This document shows, in pieces, positions 1-11,487 of a stretch of 62,411 bases of DNA. Every line of letters starts with the position of its first letter. The first letter of the stretch is position 1. The stretch covers positions 1-62,411 of the forward strand of contig NW_003314447.1 of NCBI RefSeq assembly GCF_000143415.4. Reading direction: 5' to 3'. Source of the stretch: Selaginella moellendorffii. Its lineage: Eukaryota; Plantae; Lycopodiophyta. The notes beneath the pieces are model-generated. The model searched no databases. It was not told the DNA's origin and saw only the letters and a program-made list of their open reading frames with translations. Made by a program: the position numbers and the translations under genes.

Positions 1-1170
1 TCGATCTTCCATCCTCAAATCCCGAAACGATGATGAAAGAATCGCTTGGAACAGGTCCGGAAGTTTCGAATCAAAGAAATGGCAAGGGCGATGGAACAAC
101 GAGCGCTGGGGCGTGGGCGATCCGATCGCGCAGCTCGCCGCCAAGCCAGTGGGAGTGGAGCTCACGGCATTTCCAGAGGCAGAGGTGGATTCGACGTGGG
201 GAAACCTCACGCACGCTCTCTCGGGCCTCTTTTGCGCATCGATCAACTTCCTCGAATTGCCAACTACGTTCTTGGGGCCGTGGTTCTCGTCGAGGCCCGA
301 GGCAAACCGGACAGGAGGAGGAGGAGCTTTCGACGCTCCTGGCATGAAGAGGGTGGTGAAAGGAAAGAAATGGAGCAAGAGCGAGCACTCCCGAGAGAAG
401 CACTCTGTAGAATGCCACGGCTCACGCCATGGCTCACGCTTCTCCCATGTAGAGACAAGGCTGGGCTCACGACGCTCCTGGACAGGCAGACGATTTACAG
501 TGGTATGTACCATTCCCAGAGGCTGCTTATCACTTCCGGTGACTTCGATCGGGACGAAGAAGGCACGACATTGGAGCAGGTTGTTTTCCGAAAGCTGCAA
601 GACTGGACACTCTCCAGCATGTTTGGCTCAAAGCTGGTAGGCAAGTGCCCGCTTGCAACTACAAGTAGTGTCTATCTGGAGCTGGAGGAGAGCTTGGCGA
701 AGCACTTGGCTGGAGATCTCAGCGAAGAAACAGGCATCAACTTCGCGGACAGTCGTGTTTTCAGTCTCAGCCCTGCTCCAAGTCGGGTGCTCGCGTCCTC
801 TTCAGGCTCTCTTTTTCTGGCACACACAGCGAGCTCAGCCCCGGTGGATTGGTCTCCGGCTCGGGCTCAGTTCTACACAAGCTGGTACTTGGCTGGCAGC
901 GGGAATGCAAGGGGATCCATCGTCATTTCGTTTCGGGCAAATGATGGTTCTTCCCGGGACTGTTACTCTCCAGGCATCGAGGCAGCCGAGGATGATACCG
1001 AGGTATGTTCGTTTGAATGGCCACACGCTACAGGTTTCGTTGGATTGCCGAAACGTGGAGTTTTGGGACTGATGAGATTCACACCAGCAGAAGATCGCAA
1101 AGCTCCTGCGGCTGTGGAGATTGCTCTGCGAGTTTCTATTGCAACCCAGGCCATAACTCTTGACGATCCA
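1..1170 (+). pseudogene. PIGT: GPI transamidase subunit PIG-T/GPI16 pseudogene, type A copy 1
   Basis: PIG-T motifs are split over frames: QVRKFRIKEM / QGRWNNERWG..AKPVGVEL..WGNLTHALSGLFCASINFLE (frame of ORF 113..640) and LPREALC..LTPWLTLLPCRDKAGL..YHSQRL..GKCPLA..YLAGSGNARGSI (ORF 46..1320). Frameshifts near 82 and ~350-380; C-terminus absent. Confidence 0.9.
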
Positions 1171-1379
1171 TTTCGATTCACAACCCAAGAGGGGGCTTTG
1201 CCAAGGACGAAACGCCGAGCAGCACGAATGCGGGGGATAATCTCGTCTGGTGGGCGATCTAACAAAAACGCCATGGATTTCGCAAAGACCCCTGTCATAT
1301 GGTTCAAGTACATGGTATGATTTTTTTATTACGGGAACCCGGTTGCCGAGATGATGGCTATCAGGTAAGTGTAGAGGTA

Positions 1380-1531
1380 NNNNNNNNNNNNNNNNNNNNN
1401 NNNNNNNNNNNNNNNNNNNNNNNNNNNNNNNNNNNNNNNNNNNNNNNNNNNNNNNNNNNNNNNNNNNNNNNNNNNNNNNNNNNNNNNNNNNNNNNNNNNN
1501 NNNNNNNNNNNNNNNNNNNNNNNNNNNNNNN
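1380..1531. other. Assembly gap (N run)
   Basis: 152 Ns; the equivalent interval in copy 3 (~40083-40234) has the same length. Confidence 0.99.
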
Positions 1532-1598
1532 AAACGTTTCGGGTTCGATTCTCTTCCCGATATTTGTAAATACCAAATACTGAATCATCGTCGCATCA

Positions 1599-2450
1599 AT
1601 GCGGATGCTCTGGCATCGGGAGCACCTCAGCCTTGCGCAGATTGACGTGGGCAAGCTGGAGACTGCTGTGATAATCCATTTCCTGGCCCATCGGCGCAGC
1701 GGCGGCTCCAGCCCTGGCAGCTGGTTCTCTTGTCTCGTCTGATTCCATTGACAAGACATGATCGATCGCAGGCGCTCCTCCTGTCGCTCCTCCTCCTCCT
1801 CGCAGTGTAGCTTTCTCGACGCTGACCTTGTGTTTGGCGCCCTGGCGGCGGGATACGTTTTCAGGGACCAAGGTTGAGAGGTATGAACTTCCAGAGAAGT
1901 AGACCTTGTAAGCTTTCGGTGTGATCTTTCCAGGTTCAGGGCTGTGCTTGGAGCATCGACGCCACACATTCACCATCCATTCCTGTCACGAACAGGCAAT
2001 TCCATCCTCAGGCAGCTCAAGTGGACGAAGTTCTCCATGTGCCTGGTGGGTTTGGGGGAATCAAACAAGCCCGCTTTTTCTCCCGAGCTTGATACTCCTC
2101 CCGATTTTAGCACCCAAAAATCACCCCGATTCTTGAGACGCATCAAGGATATTTACTAGCCAGACTTCCATGGTGTCTACATGAAAGGTTTATGCGAAGG
2201 AGGGCGCCACCCTCACTGTCAGCTTTAACACTTTCTCAGCAAGAGCGTGGTCGAGGCTTTTGACAAGCGCCAAAGGGGTGATTACAGTTCCCTAGGATCA
2301 CCCCCGCATTGATCTGCCACAGGAGAACTAAATCTCTCGTGCCTCTTGATTATTGCTAGTGAGAGCAGCAGGAGCTTGATGGTGCAGAACTACCACTTTC
2401 TGTTCTATCTGGAAGCGTCCCAGTTGTCACCGCACCAAATGCCACGAACT
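1599..2450 (+). pseudogene. Unidentified spliced gene fragment (also ~26085-26937 minus and ~40304-41158 plus)
   Basis: GC-rich, coding-like. A GTATGA..TTCCAG intron (~1881-1934) joins DTFSGTKVER to FRAVLGASTPHIHHPFLSRTGNSILRQLKWTKFSMCL in frame. Product not recognised. Confidence 0.3.
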
Positions 2451-2712
2451 TTCAATTGCTATCTAGGGCATAAAATGAGTAACTATCACAAATATTCTTT
2501 TGCATAGCTCGAACCAAGGCACCACTGGACTACTGATCTTTCATAACATTATTAAGAACGGAAGGCTTTAATGTGAAAAAAGCCTGATCTTGTCCATAAC
2601 CAATAAGAGGTGGGATACAGGATCAGCAAGCAATCCCAAAGTGTATGCGACATTTCTACTTTCATACTTTTTATGCTAGAATCAGTGCACAAGGAGAGGC
2701 ACTAAAATAGCA

Positions 2713-3040
2713 TCAAACTTGTAAATAGGTACTGTGCATCACCTTGACCACATCAAAATAAAAAGTAATACTGTGTTGATCTCCAGAAAATTGAACACTA
2801 GTATCAGTAAGGCTTTTCATAGATAACAAATTTTCTTGCATTTCTGGGACATGTGTATAGTGCCATTTGTTAAGCTCAATGAGAATAGAATTAACACCTT
2901 TAGCCTCATAGAATTTTTGCATTGGTGACTCCATAATGGGTATTGGTGTAGGCAAGCTTACTGTTTGAATAAAATTTACTCAATTTCTTAGCACTCAAAA
3001 TTGTTGAATACATTGTCCTATTGAAGGGTGATCTAGGAAA
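2713..3040 (-). mobile_element. Ty1/copia pol relic (post-protease region)
   Basis: EAKGVNSILIEL..HVPEMQENLLSMKSLTD..VQFSGD resembles the copia 'G.G.V...VLYVP.L..NLLSV..L' motif. Confidence 0.5.
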
Positions 3041-3859
3041 TATATATATTTATAGATAATGTACATCTTAGTCAGGTATATCTTGTTAGTTTTAGTATTT
3101 GTGAATTTGAGATTTTATGGCATAATTCAACTGTTGCTTTCTAGATCATTCCATTTAAGGAGGTTTATTTATCCTATGCAAAGATTCCTCCTATTTGGCA
3201 AGTAGTTTGATTTTTTTACCTACAACAATATCAATTACAATTGTCTTCTAAGAAAAATGACTTTACTATAGTTGTTAAACTAAAAACTCTATAAATTTAC
3301 TCTTTTTTTATTTTAGATTACAATTATATTAAAAAGTTAGAACAAGGATTAACTATTATATTGACTTCAAAAGAAACTTATATATCTTTTTGAATTTTAG
3401 AAATTAAAATTTAAAAGTTTTTATTTTTCAATTGTGTATAGTATAGAGTAAATAAGCTATAGTTCATTTTTGCTTTAGATATTTGTAAACATAACAATTA
3501 TATCCTAAATTTAATTTTTTTTATATATTAAATTTAAAGTTTATAAAATTTTATTTGGGTGCTTCAATGAAGTTTCCATTGTGTGGCATTTTGAAAAAAG
3601 TAGTAAGAATATCAATCTTTACTCTTTAGTGAAATTCCATAAAATTTTATTTTTCTAAACACTGGAAATATATATTGTGCCATAACATTAGAAAGATTAG
3701 TAATAACTCCTTGTTCTACTATTGAAAAACCATTCAAATATGCTAACAATTTCATAAATGTTATCACAACAATATAAATATTTATTAATATGAACATTCA
3801 TATGAGCTCATTTTTATTAATATAAGCATTCGTATGAGCTCCTTTTTAAAATAAAAGGT

Positions 3860-4506
3860 CTCTTATTATTCTCTCCGTGTTAGTTGATATAGGTTTGAGT
3901 TTATGTTCTATTGCTCAAGCTGTTGCTACACATTGCCATCTACACTTGCGTCGTGCAGTGGAGCCAATTTTTATTTTTTATGGCAATAGCTATACACATG
4001 TATATGCATGGGATGAGGCAGACCTAATTGTGTGTATGGATCAGCTACATGATGTTAGTTTAAAGCTAAAGCAGTCGAACTGCGTATTTGGGTACAAGGA
4101 CACAATTTATCTTAGGTACTGTATTTCTCATGAGAGTTTGCAAGTTGATCTTGACAAATTTGTGGCTATTCTAAAGTTCTATACTCCAAAGTATGTGAAT
4201 GATGTGTAGCACTTCCTAGGAAGGTGTAGTATCTTAGTTGTTTTGTGGATCATTTTTTTATCACACTACACTATTGTAAGCATTGCTGAAGTTATCAACG
4301 TCATCTTTCATCTAGTCTCCAGCTTGTGAGCAGGTGTTCATGGATCTCAAAGAGCTATTGAGGACTCTTCCAATTTTGGCATATTCTAACTACACTTGAT
4401 CTTTCATTTTGAGTGTGGATGCTTTTAATATTGGTTTTGGAGGTGTGTTGATGCAAGAGAGTCTAAGTGTGTCTGGTCAGTGCCATCTCATTGCATATAT
4501 AAACTA
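3860..4506 (+). mobile_element. Ty3/gypsy deletion derivative (protease fused to RT end and RNase H start)
   Basis: FYGNSYTHVYAWDEADLIV joins directly to DQLHDVSLKLKQSNCVFG..TPKYVNDV, then VDAFNIGFGGVLMQE. Same family as the element at 20437-24830. Confidence 0.85.
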
Positions 4507-6317
4507 CTCTATTTCTTTAGAGGCTGTGATTCGCAACAACATCAGTATAGTTGCATACTTGGAGTTTCTTCTTTCTAGTGTGAGTGAGGGTGGATAACAA
4601 TAGGATTTACAGAATTCTAAGTTGAAGGAGATTCAAGTTTTTGGATCTCCAATCAAAGTGCCAAAATGTGCTCCAGCCAAAGTGAATATGAAGCAAGAGA
4701 TAGTCATTATCCTCTCGTCCTTTTTTAGTTCAAGTCGAGAAGTCATGCTAGTGTCAGTGCTGAATTCACTTGACGTGCACTTGTTTTTGTATAGGCTTGT
4801 AAGCGAGCTTCCATCCTCCTACAACGACATTTTCTTCGAGCTACCATTTCTTGTCAATAGCACAGATTCCAAACAGAAGGGGATGGAAACCTAGCAAGAT
4901 ATCCACAATTGATGCAAGATCAAGACCATACATATCCAACATTTTGAAGACACAGTGTTTATAGTTCATTATGGTGGGCATTTAGATTGTGTGGATGAAA
5001 CATGCAATCAAGACCACTGTAGAAATTCTATATTTTTCAAAGGGTCTGTAGTCAATCCTCCAGCCTGTGACATCATTACTGTTGGATTCAAGTGTCAATT
5101 CTACAAAAATGCTCCTCTATGTTGCACTATTTACAAGGCCAAGATGTACTACTTTCTTCCATGGGATGGAGTGGCTAGAAGAGTTGCAAAGCATGTTGGC
5201 ACACATATGCATCCAATATAGAAAGGGATACAAAGGAGTTTTCTCAACCGTTTCAAAGATGTTATGCAAAAAAAGACTATAAAAAACTCATCTACAACTC
5301 CGAAGTATCGTCAAAAGACCATCCCTCAGGATTTTATCGCAAACACCTTACTCAATCTAGGTTGCCAAAAAACTCAACTAAACTAGGCTAGCTTGCAGGA
5401 CTTACTACGAGGAGTACATCTTGCTACTAGCCTAAGGAGGTATATCTGTTATATTTCATATGTTATAATAATATCTCTTTCTTACATTATATTGTTTAGG
5501 ATAAAAGCTTGGAGATGTGAATCTTGAGAAGAGAAGTTGCAATAAAAAATTGACTCCATCCTTAAATTGAAACAAACCTATCCATACAAGTTCATCCACG
5601 GAAGTTTTTTTCCAAACTAAATTGTGAATGAGTAAGAGCACCCCTTTGTCTTCAAAATATCTATTATGGGCCCTACCTTTGGTGTAAATCTTGTCTCCCG
5701 AATGGACATGTTTGGGTCTAGTGACTTTGCAAATGCATGGGTACATTTTGACCATATGGAGCTCATATCAAGTTGGACAACCATGGGAGCTTACTGTAGT
5801 GTGAAACTAAAGCAATGAGCAATCTGACGTGTGTCAAGAAAATCAAATGTAAAGTGTGTGGGGATGTTTCCAAGGGGCAAGTGTTGGGCCTGGATTCGTG
5901 ATGACAAATTTGTTTTTATTCCAACCCCATGTTTCTATGAGGAATGAAGGCAAACAAGATTTTTGAAATGGTGTTGGCTGTATTATTGCAACACCGACGC
6001 CAACCATACGAAGTGGCTTGAAGACACTATAGTGACTAAATCTAATGCAGTACCTAAAAATTGGCCAATTGCTAATAGGGTTGCGCTCACCTTGGATGAA
6101 ACTGAAAACCTTGAGAAATCTGGCTTCAATCTTGAGAGGAGAGTTGGAGACATGAGTGACAAAACCAGGACTATTCCTACAGAGATGCACAAGAGGCCAG
6201 CAAAAAAAGGTAAGACAGTTAAATTTATTGGTAGCATCTCTAAGCAAAAGTAAGGTAAAATAAACTTGGTTCAAACAATTAAATGTGAAATTCTCTCCAT
6301 GAAGTACATCACAATGC
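4507..6317 (+). pseudogene. Degenerate Mutator-like (MULE-type) transposase relic
   Basis: Stop-ridden reading: ELPSSYNDIFFELP..GHLDC..C..CQF..PLC..AKMYY..AKHVGTHMHP (Cys/His finger-like), HPFVFKIS..GVNLVSRM..NAWVHFDHM..WTTM, KNWPIANRVALT. Recognised from memory only; later catalytic segment appears deleted. Confidence 0.45.
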
Positions 6318-6815
6318 TATTAGGTAATGGTAGAACTAGAGGTAAAAATTATATTAGCCAATCATTGCAACTCATCTAATGTGCTATGTTTTTCTAGTGC
6401 ATTAGTTACTTTGATTTGAAGACAATCTTGTTGCATATGAGACAATATTCCAGAAAAATTGCAAAGATGTATAAAATCACATAATTTATAGATTACATAG
6501 GTAAAGTCACTCACCACCTTGCAAGTTTTTCTAAGAAAACAATAAAATATTTCTCTACAATGATTTTATTATATGTGACACCTACATTGTTAAAAAAGTA
6601 CATATAAATGCTAAGGATTTACAAGGTGTAATTTAAAAAAAAAAAAATCAAATACAAATCATAGCTAATACTAATGATATATAGTGATAGGTATGAACTA
6701 TGGATTTTTGTCATTGCAATGAATACTATAGAAAATGTAGTAATACTAATGATCTTGTTATTTTTGTATAAGTTGATTAAAATTTCTTTCTTTCCCAATA
6801 GACTTAATATTCAAA
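6318..6815 (+). repeat. AT-rich dispersed repeat upstream of PIG-T fragments
   Basis: Shares ggtaaagtcactcacca(c/g)cttgcaa and other blocks with 17321-18195, 18890-19735, ~45115-45610 (minus) and 59687-60560. Confidence 0.85.
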
Positions 6816-6816
6816 A

Positions 6817-7095
6817 TTGGATGTTGGAGCAAACCTTGACCGTTGTTTTGCAAAAGCCAGAAGTTTCAGAAGATCTATCTTCCAAGCTGCAAGACTAGAC
6901 ACTCTCCAGGATGTTTGGCTCAAAGCTGGAAAGCTAGAAGATCTTGATGGTGCTGTTCCATTCATGCAGGGATTTCTTCACATTGACAAGCATCCTCTGG
7001 ATGCAAACCGTGGATTTGATCTGCCTTCCCCAGTTATCACTTTCCCAAGGTGCTCTGTGTTCAAACAGTTCCAAAGTGATGATGTACTCGCATAG
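6817..7095 (+). pseudogene. PIGT: PIG-T fragment type B (middle piece deleted and joined to C-terminal exon)
   Basis: MLEQTLTVVL..KLQD*TLSRMFGSKL, then acceptor catgcag|GFLHIDKHPLDANRGFDLPSPVITFP (PIG-T 'GFLHIDEYPPDANQGFDIPSA' motif). Confidence 0.85.
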
Positions 7096-8224
7096 TTTGG
7101 CTGTTATTCAGGTCGTCAATTTTTTTTTCCTTCCAAGTCTGGGTTTTGTTTTTGCTCTCCTCTTACAGAGACAGCATCCAATGCAAATATATAGCAAAGT
7201 TTCATTGATGCAACTGGCCACTGGATTTCAGCATGCAGTAACGTGATCACCCTAATGTGCATGGTTCTTGCGCTGTACTTTGATTCACTGTTAAAAACTC
7301 TGACGTGAAGAATAGGTGAGGAAGAACAAGAAAGCAAAGGTACCTAGAGTTATCTCCCCATCTATTCCAAGCTCTTGTTCTTAAGTCATTTGTTCTTGAC
7401 AAGCAAAAGGGAAGAAGCCGGGGCTTCTGAACCAAAAGCTCAAGTGGCTGAGAAACGAGAAGCACATGAGAGTGATCAAGGTGATACTGGTGGTGATAAT
7501 TGGTGTGGCTGTAAATCACTACTTGAGCTCATCATGATGGCACTCTGGGCTCTTGGAGAAATCATTCTGTCCACAGAGGTATTTTGACGGAACAAAAAAG
7601 GTGAAAATTGGTGCTTGCATTTTAGCTTCTCTTGTAGCTTCCGGGTGATAAAACCTGCTCTTTGCTAGATCCACGGAGGAAGATGTACAAGTTAAAAACT
7701 TTTTTCTTGAGTTGGATACTTATAACTGTATAGGCTTGAAATGGGTTTTTCTTTGAGGAGTTTAGGATCAAGTGTCCATTCTTGCCTTTGAAGGATCTGT
7801 GCTTGGCTGGTTTTATATCTTTCATGCATCCTGGCAAAAACGAAGTAGCAAAGTTGCTGCATTGCAAGCTATGCTACACTTTCTTGTGTTTACTATTAAA
7901 GCTAGAAGGAGAAACTTTAAGCAAAAGAAGTATAAGTGGAGGATTTTTGTTCCACATTAGTAGGGGTAATGTTGCCTCTGCAAGTGCCACCCTTTTCCAC
8001 TGTAACTCCTGGAGGGAGGTGAGTATTGTCTTTCCTTTTGTTGTTCAAGTGCTGGTGTTTCTGCTTTACTTAAGAGTTGATTGTAATTTTTATTATTTGT
8101 TAAACAATGTTGAAATTTTTTAGAAAACTATTTGAATTAGGATGAGGGATAGCTTTTCATTGTTATCTAATTATGCTAAAAAATGTATAAAAAGATGTTA
8201 CTAACTGACTAAACTTTATAAACT

Positions 8225-8375
8225 ATAACCTAAATATAAAGATGGCCTTCTTTATTATGTAGAAACAAATCCTGATGATCATTTACATCTGGTGGTGCCT
8301 TCCATATTAATTCCACAATTTCTCCATGCTTACCATAATTCTCTTATTCTAGGTAGACATATAGGACATTATCAT
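8225..8375 (+). mobile_element. Gypsy integrase zinc-binding (H2C2) N-terminal fragment
   Basis: YKDGLLYY..HLVVPSILIPQFLHAYHNSLILGRHIGH. Confidence 0.7.
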
Positions 8376-8723
8376 GTGACCTCCTCGTCTAGAAAATCCA
8401 CAAATGCTAAAAGAATAGGCTCGTCAAAAACATGAGAAGAGAGTGAAGAATGAAGAGGAGCTCAAGAAATAGCATCAGCATCAGCCATAGAACTCCCCAA
8501 GTGATGAACAACATTAAAATCATATATTTGAAGCTTCAAAACTCATCGAGCAATATGACCAACTAAGTTTTTCCACTTCAATACTGAAGTAATAGCAGCA
8601 TAATCACCTTTTAGTAACGTCCGAAAACCATGTAGATATGCATGAAGTTTCTTGAAACCCCAAACTGCTACTAAACACTCCTTCTCTGTCATGGAGTAAT
8701 TCATCTCTGTTGGTTGTAATGTA
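8376..8723 (-). mobile_element. Gypsy RNase H fragment (continuation of 3860-4506, displaced by the inversion)
   Basis: TLQPTEMNYSMTEKECLVAVWGFKKLHAYLHG..DYAAI..ADADAIS; contiguous with the RT piece in copy 3. Confidence 0.85.
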
Positions 8724-8827
8724 CCAAGACGAAGATCAAAACACTAACATAAAAAACTTTCAGAAACAATACTCTGAGAGAATGAAAGAGATGGGTGATC
8801 TTCAACATGAAGAAGAAACCTCTCCAT
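8724..8827 (-). pseudogene. N-terminus of the transposase relic, separated by the inversion
   Basis: ATG at 8827: MERFLLHVEDHPS..FDLRLG reads in frame into SISLEAVIRNN (4507 onward) across the copy-3 junction. Confidence 0.5.
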
Positions 8828-9654
8828 CCTTCTTAATAGATTTTGAAGTTCTCTCTCTTTATGCTACTTATAAAAATCCATAGTGAAACACAATTGAAAT
8901 TTAAATAAAGCAATAAGAAGAATATCAATAACGTACAAAATGAATTTAAATTCTATAGCAAATTTAACATGTGATAGTGTGGTAGTTTTAATATTACTGT
9001 CATCTATTATGATGTTTGATGCATGTTATACACATAGATCTAAGGAAGGATTTTCAGCACATGAAGTTTGATAGTTAATAATGATACCAGTAATGATATT
9101 TTGCTATAGCGTGTCAAACCAAAAGATACAATCTGACTGTCAACACGTGTGATATGTCAAGTTGTAAAATTTTAAGTGGTAGATGATAATAAATCTTGTC
9201 AAATTTTATTCTTCAATGACAGATTTGATTCATAGTATAACTCAAGTTTTATCCATAATTGTGAACACTGCTCAATGATATTTAAAGCACATGCCTATTG
9301 TTTAGGATTTAATACAACACAAAATAAATTTCTGGGTGAGGATTCATCCATTCATAGATGGATATAGTACAACATATTTTAACATGCCTTATTTATACTC
9401 TTTAAAGTTATTGTAATGATTCCAAAATATGTACAAAATAATGAGAATGCATCCTTTCTAGATAATTTGTAAAAAATAATATCATATCTCTAATAATAGA
9501 AATGTTGATAGGTGCTAGTTATATCATCATTAAAATATAAAAAATAAAGAAGCATAATTCACATATAATAATAATGATAAGATAAAATAAGATTGAAGAT
9601 ATTGTGATGGTTGAGATTTATGTTATTTGGAATGAACGGCCGGGATGAAAGATT

Positions 9655-9920
9655 GGTTAGGGTTAGGGCAGCCATCATGATTAGGGTTAGGGTTCTCACT
9701 CTCAATCTCAACTCGTGTTCACACTGGTGCGCTCCATCTCTTGCACTCTCCTGCACTCGATCTCTCCCACTCACGTGCTCAATCTCTCGCACTTGTGCAC
9801 TCCACGCTCAATCTCTCAATCTCTTGCATGCTCAATCACTCAATCCATTGCACGCTCAATCCCTCAATCTCCTTCCCGCTCAATCCCTCGATCTCTTTCA
9901 CGCTCAATCCCTCAATCTTT
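9655..9920 (+). repeat. TTAGGG doublets plus CTCAATC-based ~24-bp minisatellite (also ~49730-50000)
   Basis: gttagggttaggg and ttagggttagggtt; units such as cgctcaatccctcaatctccttcc. Confidence 0.8.
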
Positions 9921-10097
9921 TGTGCGCTCCACTCACGGTGTGAACAATAACTTAATCTTGGCGGCTGAGTGAGAGAGTGTGAGAAATCTAGCATGATTGA
10001 GATATCGGGAGGGAAATATGCCACCAAGGGTGAGTTTTGATTTGATTGCTTTCACTTCCATTTCTTTATTCTTGCTTCTTTCTTGATTGTTTCTTCA

Positions 10098-11487
10098 AGG
10101 CTGGCCACCTCAGGCACTTTGGCCACCCCAGGTACTTTGGCCACCCAAGGGGCCGAGGTTATTTGAATAACCTCGGCCCCTCGGGCAGCCAAAGTGCTTG
10201 AGGTCGAGCCCGAGCCAGCCACCTCAGGCACTTTGGTTGCCCGAGGGGCCAAGGTTATTCAAAGAACTTGGCCCATCAAGCAGCCAAAGTGCTCGAGGTC
10301 AAGCTTGGGCTGGCTACTTTGGGCACTTTGGCTGCCCGAGGGGCCAAGGTTATTCAAATAACCTCTGTCCCTCGGGCAGCGAAAGTGCTTGAGGTTGAGC
10401 CTGGGCCAGCCACCTTGGGCATTTTGGCTTCCCAACAAGCCGAGGTAACCTAAACCCTAAACCCTAAGCCTAGCCCAAGCTCGACCTTGGGCACTTTGGC
10501 CACTTGAGGGGCCTAAGGTTATTCCTCGAGCGGCCAAAGTGCCTCAGGTGGCTAGCTTGGGCTCAACCTTGGGCACTTTTGCCACCTGAGGAGCTGAGAT
10601 TATTCAAATAACTTTGGCCCCTTGGGCAACCAAAGTTCCCGAGGTGGCCAGCCTGGGCTCAACCTCGGGCACTTTGGCCACCCAAAGGGCCAAGGTTATT
10701 CAAATAACCTCAAGGGGCCAAAGTCGAGCTCGGGCTGGCCATCTTGAGCACTTTGGCTGCCTGAAGGACCAAGGTTATTCAAATAACCTCAAGGGGCCAA
10801 GGTTGAGCTCAGGCTGGCCATCTCGAGCACTTTGGCTGTCTGAGGGGCCAAAATTATTCAAATAACTTTTGACCTGTCAGGCAGCCAAAGTGCCCGAGGT
10901 TGAGCTCAGGCAAGCCACCTCGGGCACTTTAGCTACCCAAGTAGCCATTGAAGTGCTCGAGGCGGTTGGCCTCATATCAACCTTGGGCACTTTGGCCACC
11001 TGAGGGGCCGAGGTTATTCCTCGGGCGACCAAAGTGCTTGAGGTGGCTAGCCTGGGCTCAACCTTGGGCACTTTTGCCACCTAAGGAGCCAAGGTTATTC
11101 AAATAACTTTGGCCCCTTGGGCAGCCAAAGTGCCCGAGGTGGCCGGCCCAGACTCAACCTTGGGCACTTTGGCCACCCGAGGGGCTGAGGTTATTCAAAT
11201 AACTTCAAGGGACCAAGGTCAAGCTTAGGCTGGCCACCTCGGGCACTTTGGCTGCCTGAGGGGCTGAGGTTATTCAAATAACCTTTGACCTGTCGGGCAG
11301 CCAAAGTGTCTAAGGTCGAGCTTAGGCAAGCCACCTTGGGCACTTTAGCTACCCAAGTAGCCACTGAAGTGTTCGAGGCGGTTGGCCTCATATTGACCTC
11401 GGGCACTTTAGGGGCTGGAGGGGCTAAGATTATTTGAATAACCTTGGCCCCCTAGGCAACCAAAGTGCCTAAAATGGAGTTTGGGCC
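10098..11487. repeat. GC-rich double-palindrome array in intron 1 (~80-96 bp unit)
   Basis: About 11 full and 2 partial GAGGTTATT-ca-AATAACCTC palindromes alternate with inverted ~30-bp arms GGCCCCTCGGGCAGCCAAAGTGCCCGAGGT / ACCTCGGGCACTTTGGCTGCCCGAGGGGCC. Confidence 0.9.

Larger units (their letters stand above)
4507..8723. other. 4.2 kb block inverted relative to copy 3 (43202-49218)
   Basis: Junctions aaacta|ctctatttc and aatgta|ccaagac here, versus aaacta|tacattac and aatagag|ccaagac in copy 3. Confidence 0.95.

Noticed and set aside
46-1320. 424-aa ORF as an intact PIG-T gene
   Set aside because: Conserved N-terminal motifs are in another frame, the tail after ~1170 is unrelated, and the C-terminal/TM region is missing.
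1299-1969. ORFs spanning N runs (also 18293-18731)
   Set aside because: Length inflated by X codons; the gap-filling sequence in copies 2 and 3 does not give these ORFs.
2370-2455. Fucosyltransferase-like SGSVPVVTAPN motif
   Set aside because: Too short and lacks the neighbouring conserved motifs.
9655-10466. Interstitial telomere or chromosome fusion site
   Set aside because: Only 2-3 units per patch and of mixed types.
10098-11487. CRISPR array
   Set aside because: Intervening sequences are themselves repeated and inverted rather than unique spacers; no cas genes; eukaryotic context.
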